The notes under the pieces were generated by a model that did no database searches, was not told where the DNA came from, and was given only the letters and a program-made list of their open reading frames with translations. A DNA stretch of 64,000 nt, from the NCBI GenBank assembly GCA_043228905.1, contig JBHGNT010000001.1:868001-932000 (forward strand). The letters are read 5' to 3'. Below, in pieces: positions 28,023-39,345 of this stretch. Within the stretch, counting starts at the first letter, position 1, and each line of letters opens with the position of its first letter. This DNA comes from Azolla caroliniana. Taxonomy: Eukaryota > Plantae > Polypodiophyta. A program made the translations under genes and the position numbers.

Positions 28023-31000
28023 CTACGGTGTCGGCGTCCGGAGGCGACGTAGGGCCCGTAGGTGCATCGTGGTGTGGTTCCCCTGTTTGGTCGGGATGGG
28101 CGGTCCGGGTACGATGGGCTCTTCTTGAGCTAGTGGGTTGGGCTCAATCGTCGTCGTGCTTGCAGTCGATCGTGGCTCTGTATCAATCGTCACTTCCACC
28201 GTGGTGTCAGACATCGTTGTACGCTCCGGGGGGTAGGGTTGCGATTCCGTCTGGTCCGCAACGTTCTCCGTGTGGTCGGCCGATAGCGTGGGCTCCTGCG
28301 GATGGGGCTCCTCTTGGGCAGCGGTTTTGCTGTCTGGTACTGTGGGGAACTTCGCTCGTCGTTCCGCGCTGTTCACCGTCGTTGTAATTTCTGGTGATCT
28401 GGCTTGAGGTTCCTCTTCATCGACAGTGCCCGAAATTGGTGTCGCGATGGATTCCTCATTTGTTCACGTGTTGCCGGCTTGTGTGATTTGGTGAAATAGC
28501 TCCTCCTGGCTTTCACCAAAATCATCTAAGAGTTGCGCGAGTTCATCAGAATGTTGGTCAACTAGCGCACGATAGTCTTGCGCTAGGTCCTCGCGTACGG
28601 CCGCAATGCTGTCCTCATTTAGTTTATAGAAACCTCGGCTGTCTTTTCGCTGGTTCTCCCAGTCCGCACGATACGCGTGCAATTCCGCTACTTGGGCTGC
28701 CCACGCCATCCATCCTTTGTCTAGCGCTGTTTTTAATTGTAGTGTGAACCTCTCCCGATCTGTTTGTAGAAGGATACGCACGTTATCTGTGATGGCCTGG
28801 CAATGGTTGTGTGCGTCCTCCACCGACTTCTTGAGGTTTGCAATTTCTTCCTGACTAACTGCTGTTGCTTCTTTGTACGTGGTCTTCAGGCCCGCCCACA
28901 GCTGGGATTCCTTTGCATGGTGTTCCTCTAATTTCCCCATTTCATTGTTTAGGTGGATTTCGAGTTGATGCCTTCTTTCCTGTTCGACCACCAGTTGCTC
29001 GTCGAACCATACCTTCTTTTTCTCCAATAAGGTCCAGAGTCCCGCGATTGCCGCCTCCGATTTCTTCACTTCCTCCCGTAATTGGGCGTTTTCGTCTTTT
29101 GTCCGGATGTGCTGTGCTACCTCCGTATCGAGTTTCTCTTCAAGGGTTTTTACTGCCTTCCGACTATTAACCCGGATCTCCTTTTCCCTGTCTGAGGATT
29201 GGCGCAGTTCAACTCGAAGGCGGTCAACTTCTAATTCCACTAGTTGCATGGCCCTTTTCGCTTTTGAGCCTCAATTTCTTCCTTCAAAGCGTCGATGGTG
29301 TGGTTTGGTGGCGGAGTTGCTTGTTGCACCGTAGTCGCGTTAGTTTCCAACTCCACGATGCGTTCGTTGGCTTTTTGCAACTTGGTTTGGGTCATTTTCA
29401 CCTTCTTCCAGACATTCTTATTTATAATGGCCATCTCCTTGGTGCCCATGCTGACCTTTGCCAGTTCCCTATGGACTTCAACTAGGGCCGTGTTTAATGG
29501 GGGTAGCTCCATCCCCACTCGGCGTACACCGGCGTTCCTCTGTCTGCCGACCCTAGCTAGCCGGTCCTCATCGTCGCTCTCCGCCGTTTGTGTTAGGGCG
29601 CGCTCGATCATCTGGCGCTCCGCGTGCTCCTCGACCATTCGTTGTGAGGCCTTTATCTGTTGCGTTGCCAGGAATTCCATGAGCTCAAAGGAGGTTCCGA
29701 ATTGTAAGAGGGCGCTGAACTCATGGGTTGTGTCCAGGATATCTGGATATGCCAAAATCTCGCTTTCCGCCGTCAATCTGGCTTTCCCTCGTTGTGACTG
29801 GGTCGTAATGATCGGCCGTGGCTCCCGGATGATTTCGAAGGTGGTATTGGGCTCCGTAGTTGCGGACCCATCGCCTTCGGTCGTTGTCTCTGCCGTTGTG
29901 GGGACGTCTTTGACCAATCCCCGCCCATCTTTCCTGTCCAATCTCCGTCGTTTCGGTCTGCGGTTATCCTGCCGTGTTTCGGTGTCTGGCTGTGGGGCTG
30001 ATTCTGCGGAGCGTGCCGACTGTTCTTCCTGTGTTGTCCGTGTGTCTGGTTGGGCGGATTGGGGTTCCTCTTCCCACTCTGGGGCAACTAACTCTGATAT
30101 CCTGCGCTTCGCGGATCGGGGCGGAGGCGTGGGTCGGCTAGGTTGCGGTGCAGGTAGGCCTCAGGGTGGGAATAGCACCGTAAGGTACTGTTGTATGATC
30201 GGCATGAGCTTCTTGCCTTCCTGATACGCATGCAAGCCTTCCCTTAACGTCTGCCCTGTGATGACCCCCCAATCGACCGCACGCCCTTCAAAGGTATCAA
30301 TGATGATACCCGCCTTCTGCTTGGGCATCCCATATGCGTTGACGTGTACGCAGCCGACCTATAACAGGAACTTGGCAACTTCACGAAAGAAGGGATCCGG
30401 GATCTGCTTCGTTCTATAGGCCTTGGCGGAGGTGGAATATGGACCGAAATATCTCTGTAGCGCCTCTGCAGGAGAGATTTCGAAATGCCTTTCGCCTAGC
30501 GATGACAGGTCCAACTTTTTCCGGATGGAAGAGTTGGTGACCGTGTCGATGTTAAGCTTTCTAGCGATGTCCATGGCATCCGAGTGTCGAGGTGCCTCTG
30601 TGACCCGGTGTCGTGGAGAAACCCGTCCCTAGGCGGAATCTGAGTATAACGTGCGTAAACTGGCCCTTACACGTGCGCACAAGTTTTATTGTTTAGTACG
30701 TAGGTAGGTACAAGTCGCTTGAGGCGAAATCCTAGGTAGTACGCGTTCGGTAGGGAGGAAATCGAGGCGTATCCCTGTCCGAAAGGACAAGGAATTAACA
30801 TGATGTAACAAGTGGTAACGGCCTCCCTCCTTGGGTTATAAAAGACAAGGAGAAGTGAGGGGAAGGTATCGCGTCTTTTGGAGCAAGGAGGAAGGGCTGG
30901 CGGACCGGGACCGAGTTCTCACCTCCATCGTTCGACTTTCTCTGCAGGATTTCAGACTTTGTTGCCTCTGCTTCGTGGACAGCCTGTGTGCTTCCGGCAG

Positions 31001-31314
31001 AGGCTCCACTGTGTAGTTGGGCTGAGTGCGTGCGTGAGCATCGTGTGTATGTGTGTGTGTCCGTCTGGGTTGGGTCCGTCGCCGGCTTGCCGGTTGTAAT
31101 CGTTGTTGATTGTAATTAAGATTTTGTTCTTTGTCTCTTTCTTCCTCTGTGTTTTTGCAAGCTGCTCTCTCTCTCTCTCTCCCCTCTTTCTCACGCCCCC
31201 GCGGTCCCGCCTCTTTCCGAACGCGAAGAGCGTAACAACACAACACCGGATGTACCCATCCAGGTGTTTCTCCACGAGCCATTGGCGTAAGGCAGTAGAG
31301 ATGAAGATCGGCAT
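28023..31314 (-). pseudogene. Element B extra 3' ORF (env position), split by solo LTR F; globular N-terminus plus long coiled coil
   Basis: Removing F restores MPIFISTALRQWLVEKHLDGYIRVTEAPRHSDAMDIARK. The frame continues through two C>T-type stops to 29240, then frameshifted ORFs 28464-29249 (E/K/Q/L heptads) and 28023-28376. Confidence 0.7.
30609..31245 (+). mobile_element. Solo LTR F (637 bp), TSD CCGG
   Basis: TGTCGTGG...CGTAACAACACAACA; CCGG at 30605-30608 and 31246-31249; TATAAAA near 30837; 3' end resembles the D and A LTRs. Confidence 0.88.
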
Positions 31315-31549
31315 CGCGAGAGTAGGTTCGTGGGGAGAAGACTGGTGGTTGCGGTGGGTTGGAGATCTGTGATAGGATGGAGGAGAAGGTCAGGGGGAGG
31401 AGCGATGGGAGCGCTGATAGTTAGAAGGTGGGTTTCTGTTTTGTGCAGAAGATCTTCTATTTCCTTCTTTTTGTGGCTTAGGGTTCATTGGGCGGTGAGC
31501 CATCATGGTGCCGCGTGTTCTTGATCTAGGAGTTTGTGCATGCATTTAG

Positions 31550-31930
31550 TGAGCGCAACTATCCGTCCCCTATGCGCAACGCTCAGCCACAACTAAGCTT
31601 AGAATCAAACACAAAAAACAGGAATGAATGCACGACACAGTGAAGAGAAGAGTACACAGGATGTTTATGTGGAAAACCCAAACTAGGGAAAAAACCATCA
31701 CTATGTTACAGTGTACAACAGTAAAGCACCGAGGCAACAACCTCGAGCTTTCTATCTTCGCCACAGGCGGCGGTTACAACAGAGGCAACGACCTCTTCCT
31801 CTCTCTCTCTCTCACTCTGTACACAGTTACGCGCTCTGATCTCGCGCCAACAAGAATAACAACAACACTCTACATCACACACAATAAGTTTGCCCTAAGT
31901 CATATTTATACTAATATGACTTTTCGGCTA
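31550..31930 (+). mobile_element. Family-E LTR, 3'-truncated (left inversion breakpoint)
   Basis: Homologous to the 5' part of 51074-51678 up to GACTTTTCGGCTA; left flank TTTAG. Confidence 0.85.
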
Positions 31931-33225
31931 CGGGCTACGCGCCGGGAAGAGGAAGCGCGGCTTCCCGGAGGGCATGCAAGGCCAAGCGGACCCAGAGGGC
32001 GCAAGTCGAGGCGAAGCGGTAACGAGAGCCTCGAGGGACACCGACACAGAGGTCGGGATGGCAGTACGCTCTACCGCGAGAGAGCACGGCGAACAAGGGG
32101 AAAGCGAAAAGCGCGTGATGGGGTCATTGAAGGACTGAAGCACGAGCACGCACTCGGAGGAGAGCATCGACATACGGGGAAAGCCTACGGAAGGCAAGCG
32201 CGGAGCGGAGAAAGTCGGCACGTCGAGGTGCGTGGCACGCAAAGGGCGAAATCCGGCAGTGACCGGGAGTGCATCCGGAGGATATACGGGGCGGACAAAG
32301 GAAGAGCAACCGGGTCGGCGACGACGTTTGGGAAGACCGAATAGGGAGGAAAGCACGGGCATCGGATACGGCGGGTCGGATGTAGTCAGTGGTTCAAGGA
32401 CCCACGGTGCACGTGGCAGATCGGGTGGAGGCAACGACTCGGCGAACATCGTCGAGTGTGGCGGATCGGATGGCGCCGACGGTTCGAGACCATTCGGCGA
32501 GGATTGTGGACTGGAAGGCGGCGGTGGTTCGTGTGGACGGGGTGGTCTTGCTCGAACTGGAAGACAAAACGGGGCGGGCCCACAAGGATGCTAAGGACTC
32601 GGCCGGTCGTCGTGGCCGAAAATATCGTGTTCTCTCCCCTATGTTTTGGCACATACCGGTGGATGTGCGGTTTGGTGGGGGCGGATGTCGTGAAGATTTT
32701 CGTCCATAGGCGGAAACCGGGGTGGAAGGGGCAAGTCGGTGGTGTGCAACATGTGCACATGTATACTAGGATATGGTGTATAGAAAGAGAGGGGGAAATT
32801 TTGTCCCACATTGTAAGGTCCCTCCCTCCTTGGGCTATAAAAGGAAGGGAGGGGTCACTTATGAGGGGGTTGCCTATTTTGAGGGAGAGAGGCATACCAC
32901 TTAGGTCGAGGATTTCCTATTTGGTTTTAGGGTTTCGGTTAGGGTTTTCTTCTTGGGTTTTCCTTTAGGGTTTTCATATAGTCGTTTGGTGCAGCCATGG
33001 CGGCCACCATTGTAAAGCGTTTATGTTTTCTTAATAGAACTTCTTGTTGAGTATCTTGACTCCATCTTCTTCATCTTCTTCTATCATAATGTTATATTCG
33101 TTCTCTTCTCCTCTTGAGCTATGAGCTAACCTTCCATTCGTTGTCTTAACCTTTCTCCTCTTCTCCCTAGTCCAAGACCCCCGTGGTCCCGCCCCTTCCA
33201 CACGCACGCGCGTAACAACGCGACA

Positions 33226-33568
33226 ACGGCTCCACCAGCTACTCGAACTCGGCGAAAAACGCGTACACAACATGGCTGTGTTGGAGCAGGAAGAACGACG
33301 ACGTAAAGAGTTTGTGGATCGACATCGGAACGCATGGGAAAAGGATTTTGCCGTCGGTCGAGCGGTGCTAGTTTTCGAAACTCGCATGGGGCATATGCCA
33401 GGGAAGTTACGATTCTGCTGGACAGGCCCGTACTGGATAATTGGAGCGGAACAAGGCACGTTCCAACTAGGTATTTTGGCTGGGGAAGTCTTACGACAAA
33501 AGGTGAATGGGTTTCGCCTTAAACCTTACCTGGGCCCTATGCCACCGAACCCATTCACCGCCGGATAG
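33226..33568 (+). pseudogene. Element B integrase C-terminus, now inverted
   Basis: RLHQLLELGEKR...GKLRFCWTGPY..VNGFRLKPY continues the minus-strand integrase that stops at 36336 (..SEEVR); the two parts are joined by TSD ACGG. Confidence 0.88.
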
Positions 33569-33725
33569 GACAAAGCCGGAGAACCCGCGGCGTAAGGGGA
33601 CGGCCCCACTTGTATCATAATGTAAAAATAGGTTGTATGTAACCGTTACGAAGAAAAGAAGAAGAAGAGGAAGAAGAAGAAGAAGAAAGAGAAAATAGCG
33701 ACACTATTAAAGAAAAAGGACTAAA

Positions 33726-34461
33726 TGTTGGGAGATAGGTCCCTCCGGATGGGAAGGGAGAAGAACAGTGCTGATGAGCAAACTCGGCCGAGGCCGAAAC
33801 TGGATGAGGAGTACCCGGTTTCGAAGAGCCGGATGGTGCAGACCCGGTGAGAATCGGATGAGGAGTACCCGGCTTCGGAGAGCCGGATGGTGTAGACCTG
33901 GTGAGAACCGGATGAGGAGTACCCGGCTACGGAGAGCCGGATGGTGAAGACCCGGTGAGAACAGGATGAGGAGTACCCAGCTACAGAGAGCCGGATGGTG
34001 CAGACCCGGTGAGGAGTGCTCACCGGATGAAGAGACATATTCGTAAATATGTTTCTGATAGTCCATCGAGACTATATTTGTAAATAGCCGGAAAAGTCAT
34101 ATTACTATAAATATGACTTAGGGCAAACTTTTAGTTGTTGTTGTCATTTTCTGTTTTGCACGAGATCAGTGTGCGTAACTGTACAGAGAGAGAGAGAGAG
34201 AGAGAAAGAGGTCGTTGCCTTTGTTGTAACCGCCGCATGTGGCGAAGATTTGTGAGCACGAGGTCGGTGCCTCAGTGAACTCACTGTTGTATATTCCTAC
34301 ATAGTGACAGCGTGGTTTTTCCCCTAGCTTGGGGTTTTCCACGTAAACCTCCTGTGTATCTTCCTCTTCTTCTTCCCGTGTTTTATTTCCCGTTTTTTGT
34401 GTATCATTCTAATCTCGGTTGTGGCCGAGCGTTGTGCATAAGGAGCGTTGAGTTCCCGTCA
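33726..34461 (-). mobile_element. Family-E LTR, chimeric (right inversion breakpoint), with 54-bp tandem repeat x~4.5
   Basis: Reads TGACGGGA..TCCCAACA on the minus strand. Its flanks CTAAA and CCTTC do not match each other, but CTAAA is the reverse complement of TTTAG at 31545-31549. Confidence 0.88.
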
Positions 34462-34519
34462 CCTTCGGTCCTCTTGTATATGCCCGTTCCGGGCCTCGCA
34501 TCCTCATCTTCGCACGTGT

Positions 34520-35758
34520 TCACTCCGGGCCACGCCTCCTAATGGCCACCGCCGTAGTCAACGGTCTCGGTGTCGAGAGGTCTTGCCTCCGTCCGCTATG
34601 ACCTTGTTCATCGTCGTTTCGATCGTCCGCTTTGCCGCCGCCACCTTCCGTCTCTCTGGTCTCACGTGGGCTCTCGGGGCCGACCGCCGAAGTCTCTAGA
34701 ATAGGTGTGGGAAAAGTCTCGGTACCGTTACTCGCCGATGCCATGTTCGTAGCCACCTTCGTTCGAACGCCGTGGTCCGTGGCTATCTCGTCTCCAATCG
34801 CGGAAGCCTCGATTACGCCTGCCGCCTCCTCTTCCTCGATCTCCTTGCCGTCGTCTTGGTTGCCCACCTTGCCGCCGCCACCGTCCGTCACTCTAGGTCT
34901 CACACCGGCTCTCGGGCCGGATGCCAGAGTCTCTAGGACCGGTGGGTGTAAGCTCGCGGCACCGCCGCTTGTCCGCTCCTCACTCAATGTTTCGGGCCGC
35001 CATGTCCCGAATCCGTAGTTACCGGCGTCCATGGTCGTCCCTTCACCGCAAGGCAAGAGGGTCGCTTCCTCCGCACCCTCTCCTATGTCGCTGTCGTACG
35101 CTCTCCCGGCCTCCGTATAGGCCCCATCTTCTACGTCTAGGGAGGCTTCTTCCTCCGCATCCTCCGATCGCCTCCAGCCCGTCTCCATAACAAGCCCTTC
35201 TTCGGCTCCGATTTTCACCTTCACAAGCTCGCATGCCTCCCGTATTAGCACCTCTAGGTCGAGCTCCTCCGAACCGTTTTGCGTTGAGCTCTCTTCCGGC
35301 GGTAGTGCGTACTCACTCACCGCTCTCTCTTCTCCGCCGCTCGCGGGCCGTGTTGTGGCCGACCGCCTCGCATCATGTTGCCGGCACACCCACCGATCGA
35401 ACTCATGTCGACCTCTTCCTTCCGGTTCCGTGTACCCGTACGCCTCCAATAGGGCTCCCTTAAAGGACACCCACGACTTATGAGCTTCTCGTAGCTCCTT
35501 GACCTCCTTGTGCACCGATACGGCCGCCACTCGAGGAAAATACTCTAGCCACATCGCCTCATCTACGCCCCCTTTCGCCATCTCGGCATCGTACGCTTCC
35601 AAGAACCTCGGGACATCGTCCCCGTTGAATCGGCCGACTCGATCAACCACCCTCTCGATGGCTTGTTGAGCCGCATCTCGCCTCGCCTTTTTCCGTCGCG
35701 CATCCATCAGGATCTTTGCCATCATCTCCTCGAAGTCGAAGTCTTCTTCAATCTCCAT
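34520..35758 (-). CDS. Element D Gag-like ORF (412 aa) with acidic low-complexity tail
   Basis: VGRFNGDDVPRFLEAYDAEM..SWVSFKGALLEAY aligns by eye with C gag IGMFDGTNISKYVNIYYDEM..DWNAFKEALVSEY. Confidence 0.75.
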   Translation of the reverse strand: MEIEEDFDFEEMMAKILMDARRKKARRDAAQQAIERVVDRVGRFNGDDVPRFLEAYDAEMAKGGVDEAMWLEYFPRVAAVSVHKEVKELREAHKSWVSFKGALLEAYGYTEPEGRGRHEFDRWVCRQHDARRSATTRPASGGEERAVSEYALPPEESSTQNGSEELDLEVLIREACELVKVKIGAEEGLVMETGWRRSEDAEEEASLDVEDGAYTEAGRAYDSDIGEGAEEATLLPCGEGTTMDAGNYGFGTWRPETLSEERTSGGAASLHPPVLETLASGPRAGVRPRVTDGGGGKVGNQDDGKEIEEEEAAGVIEASAIGDEIATDHGVRTKVATNMASASNGTETFPTPILETSAVGPESPRETRETEGGGGKADDRNDDEQGHSGRRQDLSTPRPLTTAVAIRRRGPE

Positions 35759-36335
35759 GCTCCCTTGCCGCCCTTCACGTCGGGTTCACCAAAGATGTCG
35801 CGTTGTTACGCGCATGCATGTGGAAGGGGCGGGACCACGGGGGTCTTGGACTAGGGAGAAGAGGAGAAAGGTTAAGACAACGAATGGAAGGTTAGCTCAT
35901 AGCTCAAGAGGAGAAGAGAACGAATATGACATTATGATAGAAGAAGATGAAGAAGATGGAGTCAAGATACTCAACAAGAAGTTCTATTAAGAAAACATAA
36001 ACGCTTTACAATGGTGGCCGCCATGGCCGCAACAAACGACTATATGAAAACCCTAAAGGAAAACCCAAGAAGAAAACCCTAACCGAAACCCTAAAACCAA
36101 ATAGGAAATCCTCGACCTAAGTGGTATGCCTCTCTCCCTCAAAATAGGCAACCCCCTCATAAGTGACCCCTCCCTTCCTTTTATAGCCCAAGGAGGGAGG
36201 GATCTTACAATGTGGGACAAAATTTCCCCCTCTCTTTCTATACACCATATCCTAGTATACATGTGCACATGTTGCACACCACCGACTTGCCCCTTCCACC
36301 CCGGTTTCCGCCTATGGACGAAAATCTTCACGATA

Positions 36336-38181
36336 CCGTACCTCCTCCGACTTGGCTTCTGATAGTCGGTTCCGTACCTGAATCCGCAAACTGGGTATCT
36401 GAAACTCTACCGGTATCACGGCCTCCAGCCCAAACGCTAGTCGAAACGGTGTTGACTGTATGCTTGTTTTGTAGCTGGGTCTGTACGCCCATAACGCACT
36501 CTGTAATTTGGTATCCTAGTCTGTTCTATTTTCATTGACGATTTTCTTCAAGATGGTCTGCAACGTCTTGTTGGTGGATTCCGCTAACCCATTCGCTTGT
36601 GGATAATATGGCGTACTCTTCTTGTGGACTACGACGTAATGATGTGTTAGTTCTCGAACCACCGTATTGAGAAAGTGGCTCCCCTGGTCACTGATGAGCT
36701 CAATCGGACAGCCGAACCGGCACCATATATGCTCGTAAAGGAATCTCCCTGTGACGGCCTCTGTATTTTCTCGTAGTGCCTTTGCTTCTACCCACTTGGT
36801 GCAATAATCTGTGGCTACCAATATGTATTTATTGCCCGTACGGGTTGCCACCGGTGTGAAGGGGCCCACAAAATCCAACCCCCACTTTTGTAAGGGGTCT
36901 AACGGTAATACGGGCTGGTGTGGCATCCTTGCGCCCTCCGTGGGCTGGCCTATCCGTTGACACAAATCACACTTTCTACAATACTCGGATGCATCCTTCT
37001 GCATTGTCAACCACCATAGGCCCACCTACCATATTTTCCGGGCTGTAACATCGCTCGCGTAATGGCCGCCTGCCGTGCCGCAGTGCGCCTCATGTAAAAC
37101 TGCTTCTTTCTCATCTTGACGTACCCCACATCGCCAAATGTCGTCACTTCCTTTGTGATATAAAATTCCTTCTACGAGGCAGAAGTTACGGCTCCGGACG
37201 GCTAATCGTTTCTTCTCGTCCGTGCGTAATTGTGGTGGAGGAAGTCCCGTAGTCAAAAAATATGTCATTTCCATAAGCCACCGGTCCGGAAAGGTTGATT
37301 CCGTTCTTTCTGCCAATGCTGCTACCCGCAGGATGTCGGCGTCCGGAAAATCATCGTCGTCCTTCTGTACTGTTTCTCCATTATCGAGTCTGCTCAAAAA
37401 ATCTGCCACTACATGTTGTGTCCCCGGTCGGTGCTGAATTACAAAATCGAATTCTTGAAGCAGCAGCATCCATCGCGCCAATTTCCCCGTCAGGGCTTGT
37501 TTCTCCACCAAATACAGCAGCGTCGAATGATCCACGTGGAACGTGAATTTCCTCCCCAATAAATAATGCCAGAATTTATTGATGCTATAGATCATCCCTA
37601 GCGCCTCCCGTTCCGTTGTGGAATAGTTACGCTCCGCTGTTGATAATTTGCGACTACTGGCCGGTACCAATTCGGTTCGGTGAGCTACATTAGCGCACTT
37701 CCTATTGCTATGTCTGAGGCGTCTACGAACACGTGGAATGGCTTCGTCCAAACTGGAGGTTGTACGACCGGTGCCTGTGTGAGCATTATCTTGAGCGCCT
37801 CATAGGCCTTGTCCTCCGTTGCAGTCCATTGGAAGGGAGTCCAATGCACGACGGCATGTAACGGCGTGGCGAAGTTCGCCGAGTATCGTATCATCCGACT
37901 ATGCCATCGTATTTGTCCTAAAACCGGCTCAATGATTTCGCGTTTGTCGGAGTTTTGGCTTACGTAATCGTGGAGATCTTGTTCGGATTGATCGTTATTC
38001 CCTCCTTGCTAACTATATGGCCTAGGAGAGTCCCGTTGGTCACGCCGGAGGCACATTTCGTGGTATACAAGCTTAAGCGTGCGGTGCGGCAACGATCTAG
38101 GCACAGTTGCAGATGCATAAAATGGTCGATTGTTCTCCCATATACCGCAAAGTCGTCTAAAAAAACTTCCATGAACGCCGG
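36336..38181 (-). pseudogene. Element B RT 3' part, RNase H and integrase core, disrupted
   Basis: FMEVFLDDF; VFVDASD; ERNYSTTEREAL; HHCC region; KWGLDFVGP; ISDQGSHF; PQANGLAE; ALWAYR..TPFRL. Confidence 0.9.
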
Positions 38182-39283
38182 TGTCGTGAAGTACGAAAGC
38201 TTCACATTAAAAGTCTACAATAAGATAAATACGTAACTAAAATAACATTTGATAATGTTTTATATAATATTAACAACACATATGATAATATTATATATAT
38301 GTAAAAAAAAATATATATATATATATAGATAAATATATTATATTACACGAACAAGAGAGGACTTGAACCAATAACCCCACCCTATGACTCTCAAACCTTA
38401 CCATTTACTCTATACTAGTAATATACATAAAATAAAGCATACTTTATATATACTTTATATTACATAAAGGATTTGCTTCATGATATAAAAATAAAGTTGT
38501 ATGTTGTATTCAATAGCATTTTGAGACTCGAACCCACAACCTCATACACCAAAGTTGACACACCTACCATTAGGATAGGCCCTTTCTCTTTAAGATTATG
38601 TTTTCATGTTTATTCTTATTGCATATATTGTTTCATACATAAAAGCTCAAATGAGCGAGATGTTTATCATGCATCACATGTAATGCATGAACGCCAAATG
38701 GCGATCATGCATCACATGCATTTCATGCACTACATGCATGATTTGTACCCTCCAATGCATCATATGCATGGGGGCACCTATTTAAATGGTGAAAGAGAAG
38801 ATCAAAGGGGAGATATGTATGAGATATCAATCAAATTATGTACTTCATAAGAGATACCATAAAAATAGAGAAAGAAGGGAAGAAGTTTAACATAAACGTG
38901 GAGCTCTAGCTTGGCGGTCGTGGTGGTCAACTCTCAACAAGAGGGAGGCGGTTCGAGCCTTATCTTCATCAAAATATTGAAGTGAAGATTGTAGTGGTCT
39001 ACGATCAAGAAAGAGAAGAGCGATTACCTTGCATCACAAAGTTCGGAGGTTCAACGACGTGCACAATCATTTTGTAACTCTTTCATCAAATAATTATAAA
39101 TCTCTTTTATTGCTTCAAATATCATTCTATATCCTATCTTGTCATATCTTGTTGATCACTATTTATCTATCTCTACTCTTTCGTCTCTTCCGTCCATAAT
39201 CCCAGTGATTCCTTCCTCACTTTCACGATATCTTTTGTCTACGCAACGCTACGCTTCTAGGCGAGCCACGCCACGACACAATT

Positions 39284-39301
39284 TGGTGAACCCGACGTGA
39301 A
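39284..39301 (+). other. Element C primer-binding site, tRNA-Trp (TGGTGAACCCGACGTGAA)
   Basis: Complement of the plant tRNA-Trp 3' end TTCACGTCGGGTTCACCA; the identical PBS occurs in D. Confidence 0.88.
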
Positions 39302-39345
39302 ACGGGGAAGTAGAAGAGACATCTAAAGTAAAGATCAACATCAAC

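Larger units (their letters stand above)
31931..36335. mobile_element. Element D: gag-only LTR element split by inversion; 5' LTR 35796-36335 (-), 3' LTR 32686-33225 (+); TSD ACGG
   Basis: Two 540-bp near-identical LTRs in inverted orientation; tRNA-Trp PBS 35774-35791; GGTGGGGGCGGA tract before 32686; ACGG at 33226-33229 and as reverse complement at 36336-36339. Confidence 0.88.

Noticed and set aside
29295-30224. 309-aa plus-strand ORF
   Set aside because: It is the antisense shadow of element B's extra ORF.
33760-33830. Hammerhead-ribozyme-like core CTGATGA...GAAAC in the E LTR (retrozyme idea)
   Set aside because: Stem I and stem II cannot be formed in type I or type III topology, and the segment is absent from the solo E LTR.
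33790-34030. CRISPR-like array
   Set aside because: These are contiguous 54-bp tandem units with no unique spacers, in a eukaryotic LTR context.
38473-38850. His/Met-rich 125-aa ORF duplicated at 45304-45681
   Set aside because: It lies within the LTRs, has a non-ATG start and arises from ATGCAT-rich sequence; the duplication is simply the LTR pair.
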